Origin: an uncultured Chloroflexia bacterium
GTDB lineage: Bacteria; Chloroflexota; Limnocylindria; QHBO01
Assembly (NCBI GenBank): GCA_963814375.1
Contig: CAWFCQ010000007.1
Span: 96,001-160,000, forward strand
Length of the DNA: 64,000 bases
Direction: 5' to 3'
The position numbers were made by a program, and so were the translations under genes. Of this stretch, positions 45,096 through 54,845 are shown one piece after another (position 1 is the first letter of the stretch; every line of letters begins with the position of its first letter). The notes beneath the pieces were generated by a model that was given only the letters and a program-made list of their open reading frames with translations, searched no databases and was not told the DNA's origin.

Positions 45096-46925
45096 TTGAC
45101 CGGACGCAAGCTCTTCGCCGTGCCCATTGCGGTACTCATCGCCCTTGCCGCCGTCCTCGGCGGCGGGGCCGCGGCTCTCGCCAAGAACGACAAGCCGCCC
45201 GTCATCAAGAACGGCCGGCAGGTCGAGGTCCAGATCCTCGCCCTGAACGACTTCCACGGGAACGTCCTGCCGCCGGCCGGCTCGAGTGGCCGTGTCGGAC
45301 CTGCCGTCGGTGGCACGATCGCCGGTGGCGCGGAGTATCTCGCCACCCATGTCGCCAACTTGGAGAAGACGAACAGGAACACCATCGTCGTCTCGGCCGG
45401 CGACCTCATCGGCGCCAGCCCCATCCTCTCCGCGCTGTTCCATGACGAGCCGACGATCGAGGCGATGAACCTCATCGGTCTCGACCTCAACGCGGTCGGC
45501 AACCACGAGTTCGACGAGGGCGCCACCGAGCTGCTGCGGATGCAGAACGGCGGATGCCACCCCGTCGACGGCTGCCAGGACGGCACCGGCTTTGCGGGAG
45601 CCGACTTCGACTTCCTCGCGGCGAACGTCGTCAACGAGGCGACCGGCGCGACCCTCTTCGCCCCGTACAGCATCCGGAACTTCAACGGCGCCAAGGTGGC
45701 GTTCATCGGCATGACCCTCGAGGGCACGCCGAACATCGTCAGCCCGTCGGGCGTCGCCGGCTATGACTTCCGCGACGAGGCCGACACCGTCAACGCGCTC
45801 ATCCCGGCCATCCGGGCACAGGGCGTCGAGGCCGTCGTCGTGCTCCTGCACGAAGGCGCCACGCCGTCAGGCACCGTCACCGCCGCCAGCATCAACCAGT
45901 GCGGTGCCAACAACGCCGGCATCAGCGGGCCGATCATCGACATCGCGACCCGCCTCGACAGCGAGGTCGACCTCCTCATCTCCGGCCACACCCACCAGCC
46001 CTACACCTGCGTGGTCGACGGCCTGCCGGTGACGAGCGCCTACTCGTTCGGCCGCCTCCTGACCGACATCGACATGACCGTCGACAAGGGGACCAAGGAC
46101 GTCACCAAGCTCACGATCAACAACCGGATCGTCACGCGGGACGTCCCGAAGGACGCCCGCATCAGCGACCTGATCGCGCGCTACCAGGTGTTCGAGGCGC
46201 CGATCGCTAACCGTGTCATCGGTCACATGCAGGTTCCGGCCGGCTGCGACCCGCTCGCCGCGGGGGCCACGTGCGCCGACATCACGACGGCCAACGACGA
46301 CTCCAAGGAGCAGTCGATGGGCAACGTGATCGCCGATGCCCAGCTGGCAGCGACCGATGATGCCGGCACCGGACAGGCGGTGGTCAGCTTCATGAACCCC
46401 GGTGGCGTGCGCGCCAACCTCAACTACCTGTCGAGCTCGGCGGGCGAGGGCAACGGGGTAATCACCTACGGCGAGCTGTTCACGGTCCAGCCGTTCGGCA
46501 ACTCGCTGGTGACGATGACGCTGACCGGGGCGCAGATCGAGCGGATGCTCGAGCAGCAGTTCTGCGGGTTGAACTCGCCCGCCAACACGTTCTTCCACAA
46601 GGTGCTGCTGCCGTCGGCTGGCTTCAGCTACACGTGGGACCTCTCGGCTGCCGACTCGGCGGCCGGGGCGAACTGCGCCACGGCCGATGCGGTCAATCCC
46701 GCCTCGATCACCCTCAACGGGGCGCCGCTGAGCATGACGGGGACGTATCGCGTCACCGTCAACAGCTTCCTGGCCGAGGGTGGTGACGGCTTCCCGGTCT
46801 TCGTCGAGGGCACGAATCGCCTCGGCGGGGCCGTCGACACCGATGCCTTCGAGGCCTACCTGGCGGCTGCCGAGCCGGCCGGGATCCTCCCCGCACCGCG
46901 CAACCGCATCAACGTCGTTCCGTAG
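45096..46925 (+). CDS. Secreted bifunctional metallophosphatase/5'-nucleotidase
   Basis: Signal peptide; NDFHG, SAGDLIG, VGNHEFD, LLHEG, SGHTH, FMNPGGVRA, VQPFGN and NSFLAEGGDGF. Confidence 0.9.
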   Translation: MTGRKLFAVPIAVLIALAAVLGGGAAALAKNDKPPVIKNGRQVEVQILALNDFHGNVLPPAGSSGRVGPAVGGTIAGGAEYLATHVANLEKTNRNTIVVSAGDLIGASPILSALFHDEPTIEAMNLIGLDLNAVGNHEFDEGATELLRMQNGGCHPVDGCQDGTGFAGADFDFLAANVVNEATGATLFAPYSIRNFNGAKVAFIGMTLEGTPNIVSPSGVAGYDFRDEADTVNALIPAIRAQGVEAVVVLLHEGATPSGTVTAASINQCGANNAGISGPIIDIATRLDSEVDLLISGHTHQPYTCVVDGLPVTSAYSFGRLLTDIDMTVDKGTKDVTKLTINNRIVTRDVPKDARISDLIARYQVFEAPIANRVIGHMQVPAGCDPLAAGATCADITTANDDSKEQSMGNVIADAQLAATDDAGTGQAVVSFMNPGGVRANLNYLSSSAGEGNGVITYGELFTVQPFGNSLVTMTLTGAQIERMLEQQFCGLNSPANTFFHKVLLPSAGFSYTWDLSAADSAAGANCATADAVNPASITLNGAPLSMTGTYRVTVNSFLAEGGDGFPVFVEGTNRLGGAVDTDAFEAYLAAAEPAGILPAPRNRINVVP

Positions 46926-46959
46926 GTCCTGCCGCTGAGCGGCAAGCCGAACCCTGGGT

Positions 46960-46993
46960 GGGCCGCCTCCTCGGAGGCGGCTCACTCTGTTTC
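46960..46993 (+). terminator. Probable intrinsic terminator
   Basis: GGGCCGCCTCC-TC-GGAGGCGGCTC stem followed by ACTCTGTTTC, between convergent genes. Confidence 0.55.
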
Positions 46994-47657
46994 AGTCGCC
47001 TTGCGGGCCTGCCCACGCCTCGTCGATGCGCTCGACCAGCTCGTCCAGGGATCGCACGACGAGGTGGGCGGCTCCGTCGGTGTCCTCCTGGAGAAACCCC
47101 CACGGCCCGCGCCGGATCCAGATCGCGCGCATCCCGGCGGCGGCCGCGGGCCTGACGTCGTTGTCGACCCTGTCGCCGACATAGGCCACCGCTCCCGCCT
47201 CCGGCGAGCCGATGAGCTCCAGGGTCCTCGCGAAGAACGCGCCGTCCGGCTTATGGAGGCCCATCGCGTCGCTCATGGCCATCGCCTCCACCTTCAGCCC
47301 GAGCGCCTCGAGCTCCTCGTGGCGGCGAGCCGGCTGGTTCGCGGTGATGGCGACCCGGTAGCCGCCGGCCTTCAGGCCATCGACGGCGCGGATCGCATCG
47401 GGATAGAGGTCATCGGCCCGGAGTGCGCCGAATCGCTCCTCGAACTCCGGCTGACGGTCGCGCCATTCGGGCCGCTGGAGCAGCTCGAAGAAGCGGCGCC
47501 AGTCATCGGGCTTCTCGCCGTTCGTGATCGAGCCGCCCAGGACCGCCATGAGCGTGAACTGGGGCAGGCCGAGAACCTCGGCCCAGGTGCGGAAGACGCG
47601 CGTCTCGTCCACGAGCGTCTCGCCGACGTCGAGGACGACCCATCGGTCACCGCTCAT
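46992..47657 (-). CDS. HAD family hydrolase
   Basis: VLDVGETLVDE, TANQP, HKPDGAFF and YVGDRVDND. Confidence 0.88.
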   Translation of the reverse strand: MSGDRWVVLDVGETLVDETRVFRTWAEVLGLPQFTLMAVLGGSITNGEKPDDWRRFFELLQRPEWRDRQPEFEERFGALRADDLYPDAIRAVDGLKAGGYRVAITANQPARRHEELEALGLKVEAMAMSDAMGLHKPDGAFFARTLELIGSPEAGAVAYVGDRVDNDVRPAAAAGMRAIWIRRGPWGFLQEDTDGAAHLVVRSLDELVERIDEAWAGPQGD

Positions 47658-47768
47658 CTCGTTGCCCTCTCGATTCGGACGCGCTGGAAACTGTCAGCCG
47701 ATATGTCACTAACGACATAACGCGTGATGGCGCGCGGCAGCGGTCGCCGCCTGCTCATCGGCGCCTGG

Positions 47769-49172
47769 CTAGGCTTGCTTCACCCCGGACACCAGGGCCT
47801 CGACTGAAGGCTTCGCGTCCCCGAACAGCATCTTCGTCTTCTCGTTGCTGAACAGCGGGTTCGGGATGCCGGCAAACCCGGTCCCACGACCGCGCTTCAG
47901 GACGATGATGTTCTGCGCCTGGTCGACGTTGAGGATCGGCATGCCGCTGATCGGCGAGCCCTCCTCGCGCGCGAGCGGGTTCACGACGTCGTTTGCGCCG
48001 ATGATGAGCGCGACGTCGGTATCGGCGAAGTCGTCGTTGATCTCGTCCATCTCCTGGAGGCGGTCGTACGGCACGTTCGCCTCCGCCAGGAGCACGTTCA
48101 TATGGCCGGGCATGCGGCCGGCGACCGGGTGGATCGCGAACTGGACGTCAACGCCCCTGGCGACGAGGAGGTCCATGAGCTCGCGCACCGGCCCCTGCGC
48201 CTGCGCAACCGCCATGCCGTAGCCGGGCACGATGATCACGCGCTTGCCGTAGGCCATGAGGACCGCGGCGTCCTCGGCGCCGATCTCGCGCAGCTGCTCC
48301 TCGCCCTCCGCTCCGGCGGCCGTCGCCTCGCCGCCGGTGCCGAATCCGGCGAAGAGGACGTTGAACAGCGAGCGGTTCATGGCCCTGCACATGAGCTGGG
48401 TGAGGATGGCGCCGGAAGCGCCGACCAGCGTGCCGGCGATGAGGAGCGCGTAGTTGCTCAGCACGAAGCCGGTCGCCGCCACCGCGATGCCGGTGTAGCT
48501 GTTGAGCAGCGACACCACGACCGGCATGTCCGCGCCGCCGATGGGCATGACCAGCTGCACGCCGAGGACGAGTGAAAGCCCGACGAACAGGAGGAAGAGC
48601 GGCGTGGACGGCTCGACCGCCGTCAGGTAGATGCCGATGGCGACGAGCGCCAGGGCGAGCGCCGCGGTCACCAGCTGCGAACCCGGGTACTTCACCGGCC
48701 GCGAGGCGATGACCCCCTGGAGCTTGCCCCAGGCGACGACGGAGCCGGTGAGCGAGACGGAGCCGATCACGGCACCAAGGAGGGTCGCGACGATGAACGC
48801 GAGCGGCAGCAGCTCGCCGGGATGGAGCTGGACGTCGCGCGTGAACTCGACGACCGCGACGAGCGCCGCCGCGCCGCCGCCGGCGCCATTGAAGATGGCG
48901 ACCATCTGCGGCATGGCGGTCATCGCCACGCGCTTTGCGCCGAGCCAGCCGGCAACGGAGCCGATGGCGCCGCCGAGCACGACGATCCACCAGTTGTCGA
49001 GCATGCCCTCGGTGGTGAAGAAGGTCCACGCCACCACGAGCGCCATGCCGGCCGCGCCGAGGAGGTTGCCGGTGCGCGCCGTCCTCGGACTGGCCAGGAA
49101 CTTGAGGGCGAGGATGAAGGTGACGCTGGCGACGAGCCAGACGAGGTAGGTCAGGATCTCGAGCGTGTCCAT
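47769..49172 (-). CDS. pntB: NAD(P) transhydrogenase subunit beta
   Basis: MTAMPQMVA, PIGGADMPVVVSLLNSYTG, VPGYGMAVAQAQ, HPVAGRMPGHMNVLLAEA and GANDVVNP. Confidence 0.95.
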   Translation of the reverse strand: MDTLEILTYLVWLVASVTFILALKFLASPRTARTGNLLGAAGMALVVAWTFFTTEGMLDNWWIVVLGGAIGSVAGWLGAKRVAMTAMPQMVAIFNGAGGGAAALVAVVEFTRDVQLHPGELLPLAFIVATLLGAVIGSVSLTGSVVAWGKLQGVIASRPVKYPGSQLVTAALALALVAIGIYLTAVEPSTPLFLLFVGLSLVLGVQLVMPIGGADMPVVVSLLNSYTGIAVAATGFVLSNYALLIAGTLVGASGAILTQLMCRAMNRSLFNVLFAGFGTGGEATAAGAEGEEQLREIGAEDAAVLMAYGKRVIIVPGYGMAVAQAQGPVRELMDLLVARGVDVQFAIHPVAGRMPGHMNVLLAEANVPYDRLQEMDEINDDFADTDVALIIGANDVVNPLAREEGSPISGMPILNVDQAQNIIVLKRGRGTGFAGIPNPLFSNEKTKMLFGDAKPSVEALVSGVKQA

Positions 49173-49478
49173 CTAGCGGCGATCCCCGCCCCGTCCCTTG
49201 AACATCTCGAGCATCCGATCCGTGACGGTGAAGCCGCCAACCACGTTGATCGTGCCGAGGATCACGGCGAGGAACGCGAGCACAATCGCGATCGGGGTGT
49301 CGGCGGTTGCGGCGACCAGCATCGCCCCCACCACGATGACGCCGTGGACGGCGTTGGCGCCGCTCATCAGCGGGGTATGGAGCATCGTCGGGACCTTCGA
49401 CACCACCTCGTAGCCGACGAATGCCGCAAGCACGAGGATGAAGAGGGCCGAGATCAGCTCGAAGGCGGAGAGCTCCAT
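49173..49478 (-). CDS. pntA: NAD(P) transhydrogenase alpha subunit part 2 (membrane)
   Basis: KVPTMLHTPLMSGANAVHG and NVVGGFTVTDRMLEMF. Confidence 0.93.
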   Translation of the reverse strand: MELSAFELISALFILVLAAFVGYEVVSKVPTMLHTPLMSGANAVHGVIVVGAMLVAATADTPIAIVLAFLAVILGTINVVGGFTVTDRMLEMFKGRGGDRR

Positions 49479-49482
49479 CGGT

Positions 49483-50670
49483 CTAGGCCTCCTTCTCTGG
49501 CTGGGCTTTGGCCTCTGGCTGGGCGACTTCGATGCCCAGCGCCTTGGCGGTCGCCTCGTGGACGACCTTCCCGCCGTGGGTGATCGTGGCGCCTCGGGTG
49601 ATCTCATCGGCGAGGTCGATCTGGAGCTCGCCGTCGACGAGGAGGTGCTTGATGAGGGTCTGGAGGTTCTTGGCGTACATCTGCGTCGCACTGGCAGGCA
49701 TGGTCGCCGGAAGGTTGGTGAGCCCCACGATCAGCACCCCGTGGCGGACGACCTCCTTGCCGGCCTCGGTGCCCTCGACGTTCCCACCCATCTCCGCGGC
49801 CATGTCGATGATCACGCTTCCGGGCTTCATGCTGGCCACCATCTCGTCGGTGACGAGCTTCGGCGCCGGGCGTCCCGGGATCAGGGCGGTGGTGATGATG
49901 AAGTCGGCCTCCTTGACGCGCTCGGCGATGAGCTCTGCCTGGCGGCGCTTGTAGTCGTCGCTCATCTCGGTGGCGTAGCCGCCGGCGGTCTCCGCCTTCG
50001 CCTTCTCCTCGTCGGTCATCTCGACCTCGATGAAGGTGCCGCCCAGGCTCTCGACCTGCTCCTTGACGACCGGCCGCACATCCGTGGCCTCGACCACGGC
50101 GCCGAGCCGTCGCGCGGTGCCGATGGCCATCAGGCCGGCAACGCCGGCGCCCATGACGATGCCGCGAGCGGGGCGGATGGTCCCGGCAGCGGTGGTGAGC
50201 AACGGGAAGAACTTCGGCAGCCGCTCGGCGGCGATGAGGACGGCCTTGTAGCCACCAACGGTCGCCTGCGAGCTCAGCGTGTCCATGCTCTGCGCCCGGG
50301 TGATGCGCGGGATGGCGTCCATGCTGATGGCGGTGACACCCGCCTTCGCCAGCTTCTGCGCCAGCTCAGGCTTGGCCAGGGTGCCCAGGGTGCCGATGAG
50401 GACGCTGCGGTTCCGCAGCATCTCGACCTCCTCGTCCGAGGGGCGGCCGACGCGCAGGATCATGTCCGCCTGGCTGTACAGCTGAGCCGCATCCGGGACG
50501 ACGGTGGCACCTGCCTCGCGGTACGCCTCGTCCAGGTTTGCCGATGCGTCGCCGGCACCGGACTCGACGAGAACCTCGACGCCGTCGCCGATCAGCTGGC
50601 CGGCGATCTGGGGAGTGAGCGCGACGCGCGTCTCGCCATCTGCCGTTTCGCGCGGGACACCGATCTTCAT
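49483..50670 (-). CDS. pntA: NAD(P) transhydrogenase alpha subunit part 1 (NAD(H)-binding)
   Basis: MKIGVPRE, RVALTP, IPRITRAQSMD, GAGVAGL, GGYA and TTALIPGRPAP. Confidence 0.94.
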   Translation of the reverse strand: MKIGVPRETADGETRVALTPQIAGQLIGDGVEVLVESGAGDASANLDEAYREAGATVVPDAAQLYSQADMILRVGRPSDEEVEMLRNRSVLIGTLGTLAKPELAQKLAKAGVTAISMDAIPRITRAQSMDTLSSQATVGGYKAVLIAAERLPKFFPLLTTAAGTIRPARGIVMGAGVAGLMAIGTARRLGAVVEATDVRPVVKEQVESLGGTFIEVEMTDEEKAKAETAGGYATEMSDDYKRRQAELIAERVKEADFIITTALIPGRPAPKLVTDEMVASMKPGSVIIDMAAEMGGNVEGTEAGKEVVRHGVLIVGLTNLPATMPASATQMYAKNLQTLIKHLLVDGELQIDLADEITRGATITHGGKVVHEATAKALGIEVAQPEAKAQPEKEA

Positions 50671-50826
50671 GGACAGTCTCTACACCGATGGGCATTCACG
50701 CCGCGAACCGCCGCAGCTCCTCCGAGAAGGGCGCATGGCGGTTCGGGATCCAGAGTGTAGCAGTCCACGCGACCGCCAGTAGAGCCGCACAGCGGCCGAA
50801 TGGCGACCATTGCACAATACGTTCGC

Positions 50827-51786
50827 ATGAGCCTGGTCGTTGACTCCATCACGAAGCGGTTCGGTGACGTCGTCGCCCTCGACGAGGCCAGCTTCACCGT
50901 GGAGCCCGGCCGTATATTCGGCCTCCTCGGCGCGAACGGAGCAGGCAAGACCACGAGCATGCGGATCGTCCTCGACATCCTCCGCGCCGATGCCGGAACC
51001 GTCACCTGGAAGGGGACCGAGAACATCGCCCTGCCCCGCCGTACGTGGGGCTATCTGCCCGAGGAGCGCGGCCTCTATCCGCGCATGAAGGTCGGTGAGC
51101 AGCTCCGGTTCTTTGCGGCCCTGTACGGCATCCCGGACGCGACGGCTCGCGACGAGATATCCGACTGGCTCGAGCGGTTCCGAATCCCCGACTATCTCGA
51201 TCGTCGAGTCGAGGAGCTGAGCAAGGGCAACCAGCAGAAGATCCAGTTCATCGCCGCGATCCTGCACGACCCCGAGGTGCTGATCATGGACGAGCCCTTC
51301 ACCGGCCTCGATCCGATCAACGTCCGCCTCCTCAAGGAGGCATTCCTCGAGATGAAGGAGCGTGGCAAGACGCTCATCTTCAGCACGCACCAGATGGAGA
51401 CAGTGGAGGAGCTGTGCGAGTCGATCGCCATCGTCGACCGCGGACGGGTCATCGTCAGCGGCTCGGTCCGCGACGTCAGGCGGGCGATGGGCCGCCAGGT
51501 CGTCCGCCTCGCCACCGACGGCGACGGCAACGGCGTCGAGTGGCTGGGCACACTGCCGGGCGTCCAGGTCACCGCCGAGCGCGAGGACTACGTGGAGCTC
51601 CACGTGCCCGCCGATCGCGATCCCGCCACGATCCTGCGCACCGCGGTCGATCGCGGCGACCGCGTCACGCTCTTCGAGATCGCCGATCCGAGCCTCGAGG
51701 AGATCTTCGTCGAGCACGTCGGCCGGCGCGCCGTCAGCGAGGAGGAAGAGCACCTCGCCACCACCGGACGCGAGGCGAAGCCATGA
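50827..51786 (+). CDS. ABC exporter ATP-binding subunit (NatA/YhaQ-like)
   Basis: GANGAGKTT, GYLPEERGLYP, LSKGNQQK, MDEPFTGLDP and PSLEEIF. Confidence 0.9.
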   Translation: MSLVVDSITKRFGDVVALDEASFTVEPGRIFGLLGANGAGKTTSMRIVLDILRADAGTVTWKGTENIALPRRTWGYLPEERGLYPRMKVGEQLRFFAALYGIPDATARDEISDWLERFRIPDYLDRRVEELSKGNQQKIQFIAAILHDPEVLIMDEPFTGLDPINVRLLKEAFLEMKERGKTLIFSTHQMETVEELCESIAIVDRGRVIVSGSVRDVRRAMGRQVVRLATDGDGNGVEWLGTLPGVQVTAEREDYVELHVPADRDPATILRTAVDRGDRVTLFEIADPSLEEIFVEHVGRRAVSEEEEHLATTGREAKP

Positions 51787-53087
51787 GCGACCTGTTCCCC
51801 AACGCGCTCCACGTCGCCAGGCGCGAGTACCTGTTCCGCGTACGTGGGAAGGCGTTCCTCATCACGACCGCGCTCCTCGCGCTCGTCGTGGTGGCGGCCA
51901 CGCTGCTGCCGACGTTCCTCGGCGCGCTCGGCGTCGCAGATCCGTCCGAGATCGCCGTGAGCGTCGAGGCGGATGACATCTCGACCGATGCGGTGGCATC
52001 GATCCAGGCACTGCTCATCGCGGCCAGCGATCCGGAGGGTGAGGGCGAGGTGGCAGCCGAGGACCGCCCGACGGTGACTCGGACCGATGACCCGGAGGCA
52101 GCCGCCGATGACGTGCGCGCGGGAGAGCTGGATGGGCTGCTCACCATCACCCGGCCCGATGAAGAGCTCGTCTTCGAGTACCTCAGCGACCAGGGCCCGA
52201 CGAGCCAGACGCGCGTCCTGGTCACGCAGGCGGCCAATGCCATCGCGATCGCCGATCGGCTCGATCGCGCCGGGGTCGCACCGGATGAGGCCGCCGCCAT
52301 CTTCGCTCCCCCGGACTTCACGGCGGTCGCGGTCGATCCCGATGCGCTCGAGGAGGAGGACTTCGCCGGGGCGCTGCTGCTGGCCTACATCGTCGTCATC
52401 CTCACCTTCATGGCGATCCTGACCTACGGCAATTGGGTCGCGCAGAGCGTGGCGGAGGAGAAGTCCGGCCGCGTCATGGAGCTGCTCATCACGGCCGCCA
52501 CCCCGCGGCAGCTGCTCACCGGCAAGGTCCTCGGGACCGGCGCCGCGGGCCTCACCCAGTACCTGGTCATGATCGTGGCCGTCGTCGGTGGGCTCATGAT
52601 CGCCGGCCCCGTCTCGTCGATGCTCGGGGTCGCGGGTCGGACGCCGTTCGAGCTGCCGACCCTCGAGCCCGGGTTCCTTCTGGCGTTCACCGGGTTCTTC
52701 CTGCTCGGCTTCCTGCTGTACTCGACGCTCTACGCGGCTGCGGGCTCGATGGTCAGCCGCATCGAGGACGTCCAGCAGGCCGTCGGACCGCTCATCTATC
52801 TGGCGTTGGCCGGCTACCTGATCTCCTTCGTCGGGCTCAACGACCCGGACGCCGAGTGGATCGCCATCGCCTCGCTCGTGCCATTCTTCAGCCCGTACCT
52901 CATGCCGGCCCGGATGCTGATGGGGAACCCGGCATCGTGGGAGGTGCTCGTCGCGATCGTTCTCCTGGTCGTCACCCTGGTCGGAGCGATCTGGCTGGCA
53001 TCGCGCATCTACAGCGCCGGCGTGCTCCTCTACGGCCAGCGCGTCGGCATCCGGTCGGTCCTGCGCGCGACGCGCGTGGCGCGCTGA
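51783..53087 (+). CDS. ABC exporter permease (NatB/YhaP-like)
   Basis: ARREY, a large extracytoplasmic loop, VAEEKSGRVMELL, GKVLG and PFFSPYLMPAR. Confidence 0.88.
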   Translation: MSDLFPNALHVARREYLFRVRGKAFLITTALLALVVVAATLLPTFLGALGVADPSEIAVSVEADDISTDAVASIQALLIAASDPEGEGEVAAEDRPTVTRTDDPEAAADDVRAGELDGLLTITRPDEELVFEYLSDQGPTSQTRVLVTQAANAIAIADRLDRAGVAPDEAAAIFAPPDFTAVAVDPDALEEEDFAGALLLAYIVVILTFMAILTYGNWVAQSVAEEKSGRVMELLITAATPRQLLTGKVLGTGAAGLTQYLVMIVAVVGGLMIAGPVSSMLGVAGRTPFELPTLEPGFLLAFTGFFLLGFLLYSTLYAAAGSMVSRIEDVQQAVGPLIYLALAGYLISFVGLNDPDAEWIAIASLVPFFSPYLMPARMLMGNPASWEVLVAIVLLVVTLVGAIWLASRIYSAGVLLYGQRVGIRSVLRATRVAR

Positions 53088-53117
53088 GCGGCTGGACGCG
53101 TCGGGTACCGTCGCTGC

Positions 53118-53669
53118 GTGCAGGACGCGCTGGAGATCGGTGATCGGCGGCTCGAGATCACCCTGGGCGACATCACCCACGAGGAGGTCGATGCGGTCGC
53201 CAACGCGGCGAACGAGGCGCTCCGCGGGGGTGGCGGCGTCGACGGTGCGATTCACCGCGCGGCGGGTCCTGGCCTCCTTGACGAGCTGACGCGCCGATAC
53301 CCGGACGGCACCCCGACGGGCACGGCGGTGGCGACCGACGCCCACGAGCTCCCGGCGCGGTGGGTGCTCCACGCGGTCGGCCCGGTCTGGCGTGGCGGCG
53401 ATCACGGCGAGCCGGAGCTGCTGGCCGGCGCGTACCGGTCCTGCATGCGACTCGCGAACGAGCTCGGCGCTCGCAGCGTCGCGTTCCCGGCGATCAGCAT
53501 GGGCATCTACGGCTACCCGCCGCCGGAAGGCGCTGCCCTGGCCGTGCGGACCGTCGCCGACGAGCTTGGGGGCGAGACGAGCGTCGAGGTGGCGCGGTTC
53601 GTCCTCTTCAGCGAGGAGACCTACGAGCTCTTCGCCGATGCGATCGGCGCGCCTCGAGCAGGCGACTAG
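53118..53669 (+). CDS. Macrodomain protein (O-acetyl-ADP-ribose deacetylase, YmdB-like)
   Basis: GDIT, ANAAN, GGGGVDGAIHRAAG, HAVGPVW and FPAISMGIYGYP. Confidence 0.92.
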   Translation: MQDALEIGDRRLEITLGDITHEEVDAVANAANEALRGGGGVDGAIHRAAGPGLLDELTRRYPDGTPTGTAVATDAHELPARWVLHAVGPVWRGGDHGEPELLAGAYRSCMRLANELGARSVAFPAISMGIYGYPPPEGAALAVRTVADELGGETSVEVARFVLFSEETYELFADAIGAPRAGD

Positions 53670-54811
53670 TCGAGCGATGCCGGCGCCGCGGAGCGCATCC
53701 CGACGCCGGCGGTGCGCGCTCCGAGGCTGAAGCGGGCATCCGGCGGCGCCAGTGCGGCAGCTCCGGCCGCGTCGCCGGTGACGAGCGCCGCGAGGTACTC
53801 CCCCACCACCGGGCCGTGCTTGAACCCGTGGCCCGAGCCACCCCCGACGATCCACGCCCCGGGCATCGCGGGGTGGCGATCGATGACGAAGTGGGTGTCC
53901 ATCGTCAGCTCGTACTGGCAGACCCGGCCCTCGACGACGGGCTGATCGGCGAGGTCCGGGAACCGGCGACGGAGGTACTCGCGCGTGGCCTCGACCCGCT
54001 CGTCGCTCAAGCGACGGTCCTGCTGGTCGGGATCCACCACCGGCCCGGGCCAGTCGGGCGCGACCTTGAAGCCGCGGCCCTCGATCGAGGGCAGCCCGTA
54101 GAAGGCGGCCTCGTACTCGACCCACGTCGGATGACGGCCGGCGTCGAAGTCGGTGACGCCCGGGGGAGTCGCGAAGTAGATCACCTCCTGCCGGGGAACC
54201 ATCAGCTCCAGGCCGGGCACGGGGCCGAGCAGCTTCGGGAGCCACGGACCTGCCGCGAGGACGAAGGCATCGGCCTCGACGGGCGAGCCATCAACCGATA
54301 CTCGCTCCCCATCCAGCCTGGCAACGCCGATGCGGATCTCGCCGCCGTCCTCGGCGAACGCCCGCGCCGCGGATGCCACACCGCGTCGAGCCATGAGCAC
54401 CCCCGCCTCCGGCTCAAACAGGCCCCAGGCCAGCCCGTCGGTCCTCAGGCGCGGCCACCGCTCGCGCATCTGATCGGGATCGAGTCGTTCCGCGGGGATG
54501 CCGAGCGCGTCGAGCGATGCCCCCGAGTCGGCCTCGAAGCCGCCGGATGAGCCGGCCAGCCACAGCACGCCGGTCTCGACAAAGAGCGCCGGGTCGAGCG
54601 CTCGCCAGTGGTCGAGGCCACGGCGCTGCCAGCTCGGGTAGTGCCGGTCGAGGCCATGCGCCGAGCGTGACACGCGCGACTCGTCACCGGAGCTCGAGAG
54701 GGAGTTGCCCGCCCCGTACTGATCCACGAGCGTCACCGATGCGCCGCGGCGACGAAGCCATAGCGCCGTCCAGGTTCCGAAGACGCCGGCGCCGATGACG
54801 ACGATGTGCAT
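53666..54811 (-). CDS. FAD-dependent oxidoreductase, monomeric sarcosine oxidase/SolA family
   Basis: VIGAGVFG, SSSGDESR, CQYELTMD (Cys for flavin attachment in this family) and GGSGHGFKHGP. Confidence 0.85.
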   Translation of the reverse strand: MHIVVIGAGVFGTWTALWLRRRGASVTLVDQYGAGNSLSSSGDESRVSRSAHGLDRHYPSWQRRGLDHWRALDPALFVETGVLWLAGSSGGFEADSGASLDALGIPAERLDPDQMRERWPRLRTDGLAWGLFEPEAGVLMARRGVASAARAFAEDGGEIRIGVARLDGERVSVDGSPVEADAFVLAAGPWLPKLLGPVPGLELMVPRQEVIYFATPPGVTDFDAGRHPTWVEYEAAFYGLPSIEGRGFKVAPDWPGPVVDPDQQDRRLSDERVEATREYLRRRFPDLADQPVVEGRVCQYELTMDTHFVIDRHPAMPGAWIVGGGSGHGFKHGPVVGEYLAALVTGDAAGAAALAPPDARFSLGARTAGVGMRSAAPASLD

Positions 54812-54819
54812 GGTGGCGA

Positions 54820-54837
54820 AGCGTAGCGCGCTACGAT
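54820..54837. promoter_or_regulatory. Symmetric bidirectional promoter for two leaderless genes
   Basis: Palindrome CGTAGCGCGCTACG (54822-54835) gives TACGCT on the minus strand and TACGAT on the plus strand. Each is 8 nt from its ATG (54811 and 54846). Confidence 0.6.
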
Positions 54838-54845
54838 TCGCGGTG

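Noticed and set aside
47702-47719. TATGTC-N6-GACATA inverted repeat upstream of the HAD gene as an operator
   Set aside because: Only 6-bp arms, a single occurrence and no adjacent regulator. Plausible but unsupported.
47769-50670. Split pntA as a broken gene
   Set aside because: The three-gene alpha1/alpha2/beta organisation is a normal, well-known form of transhydrogenase.
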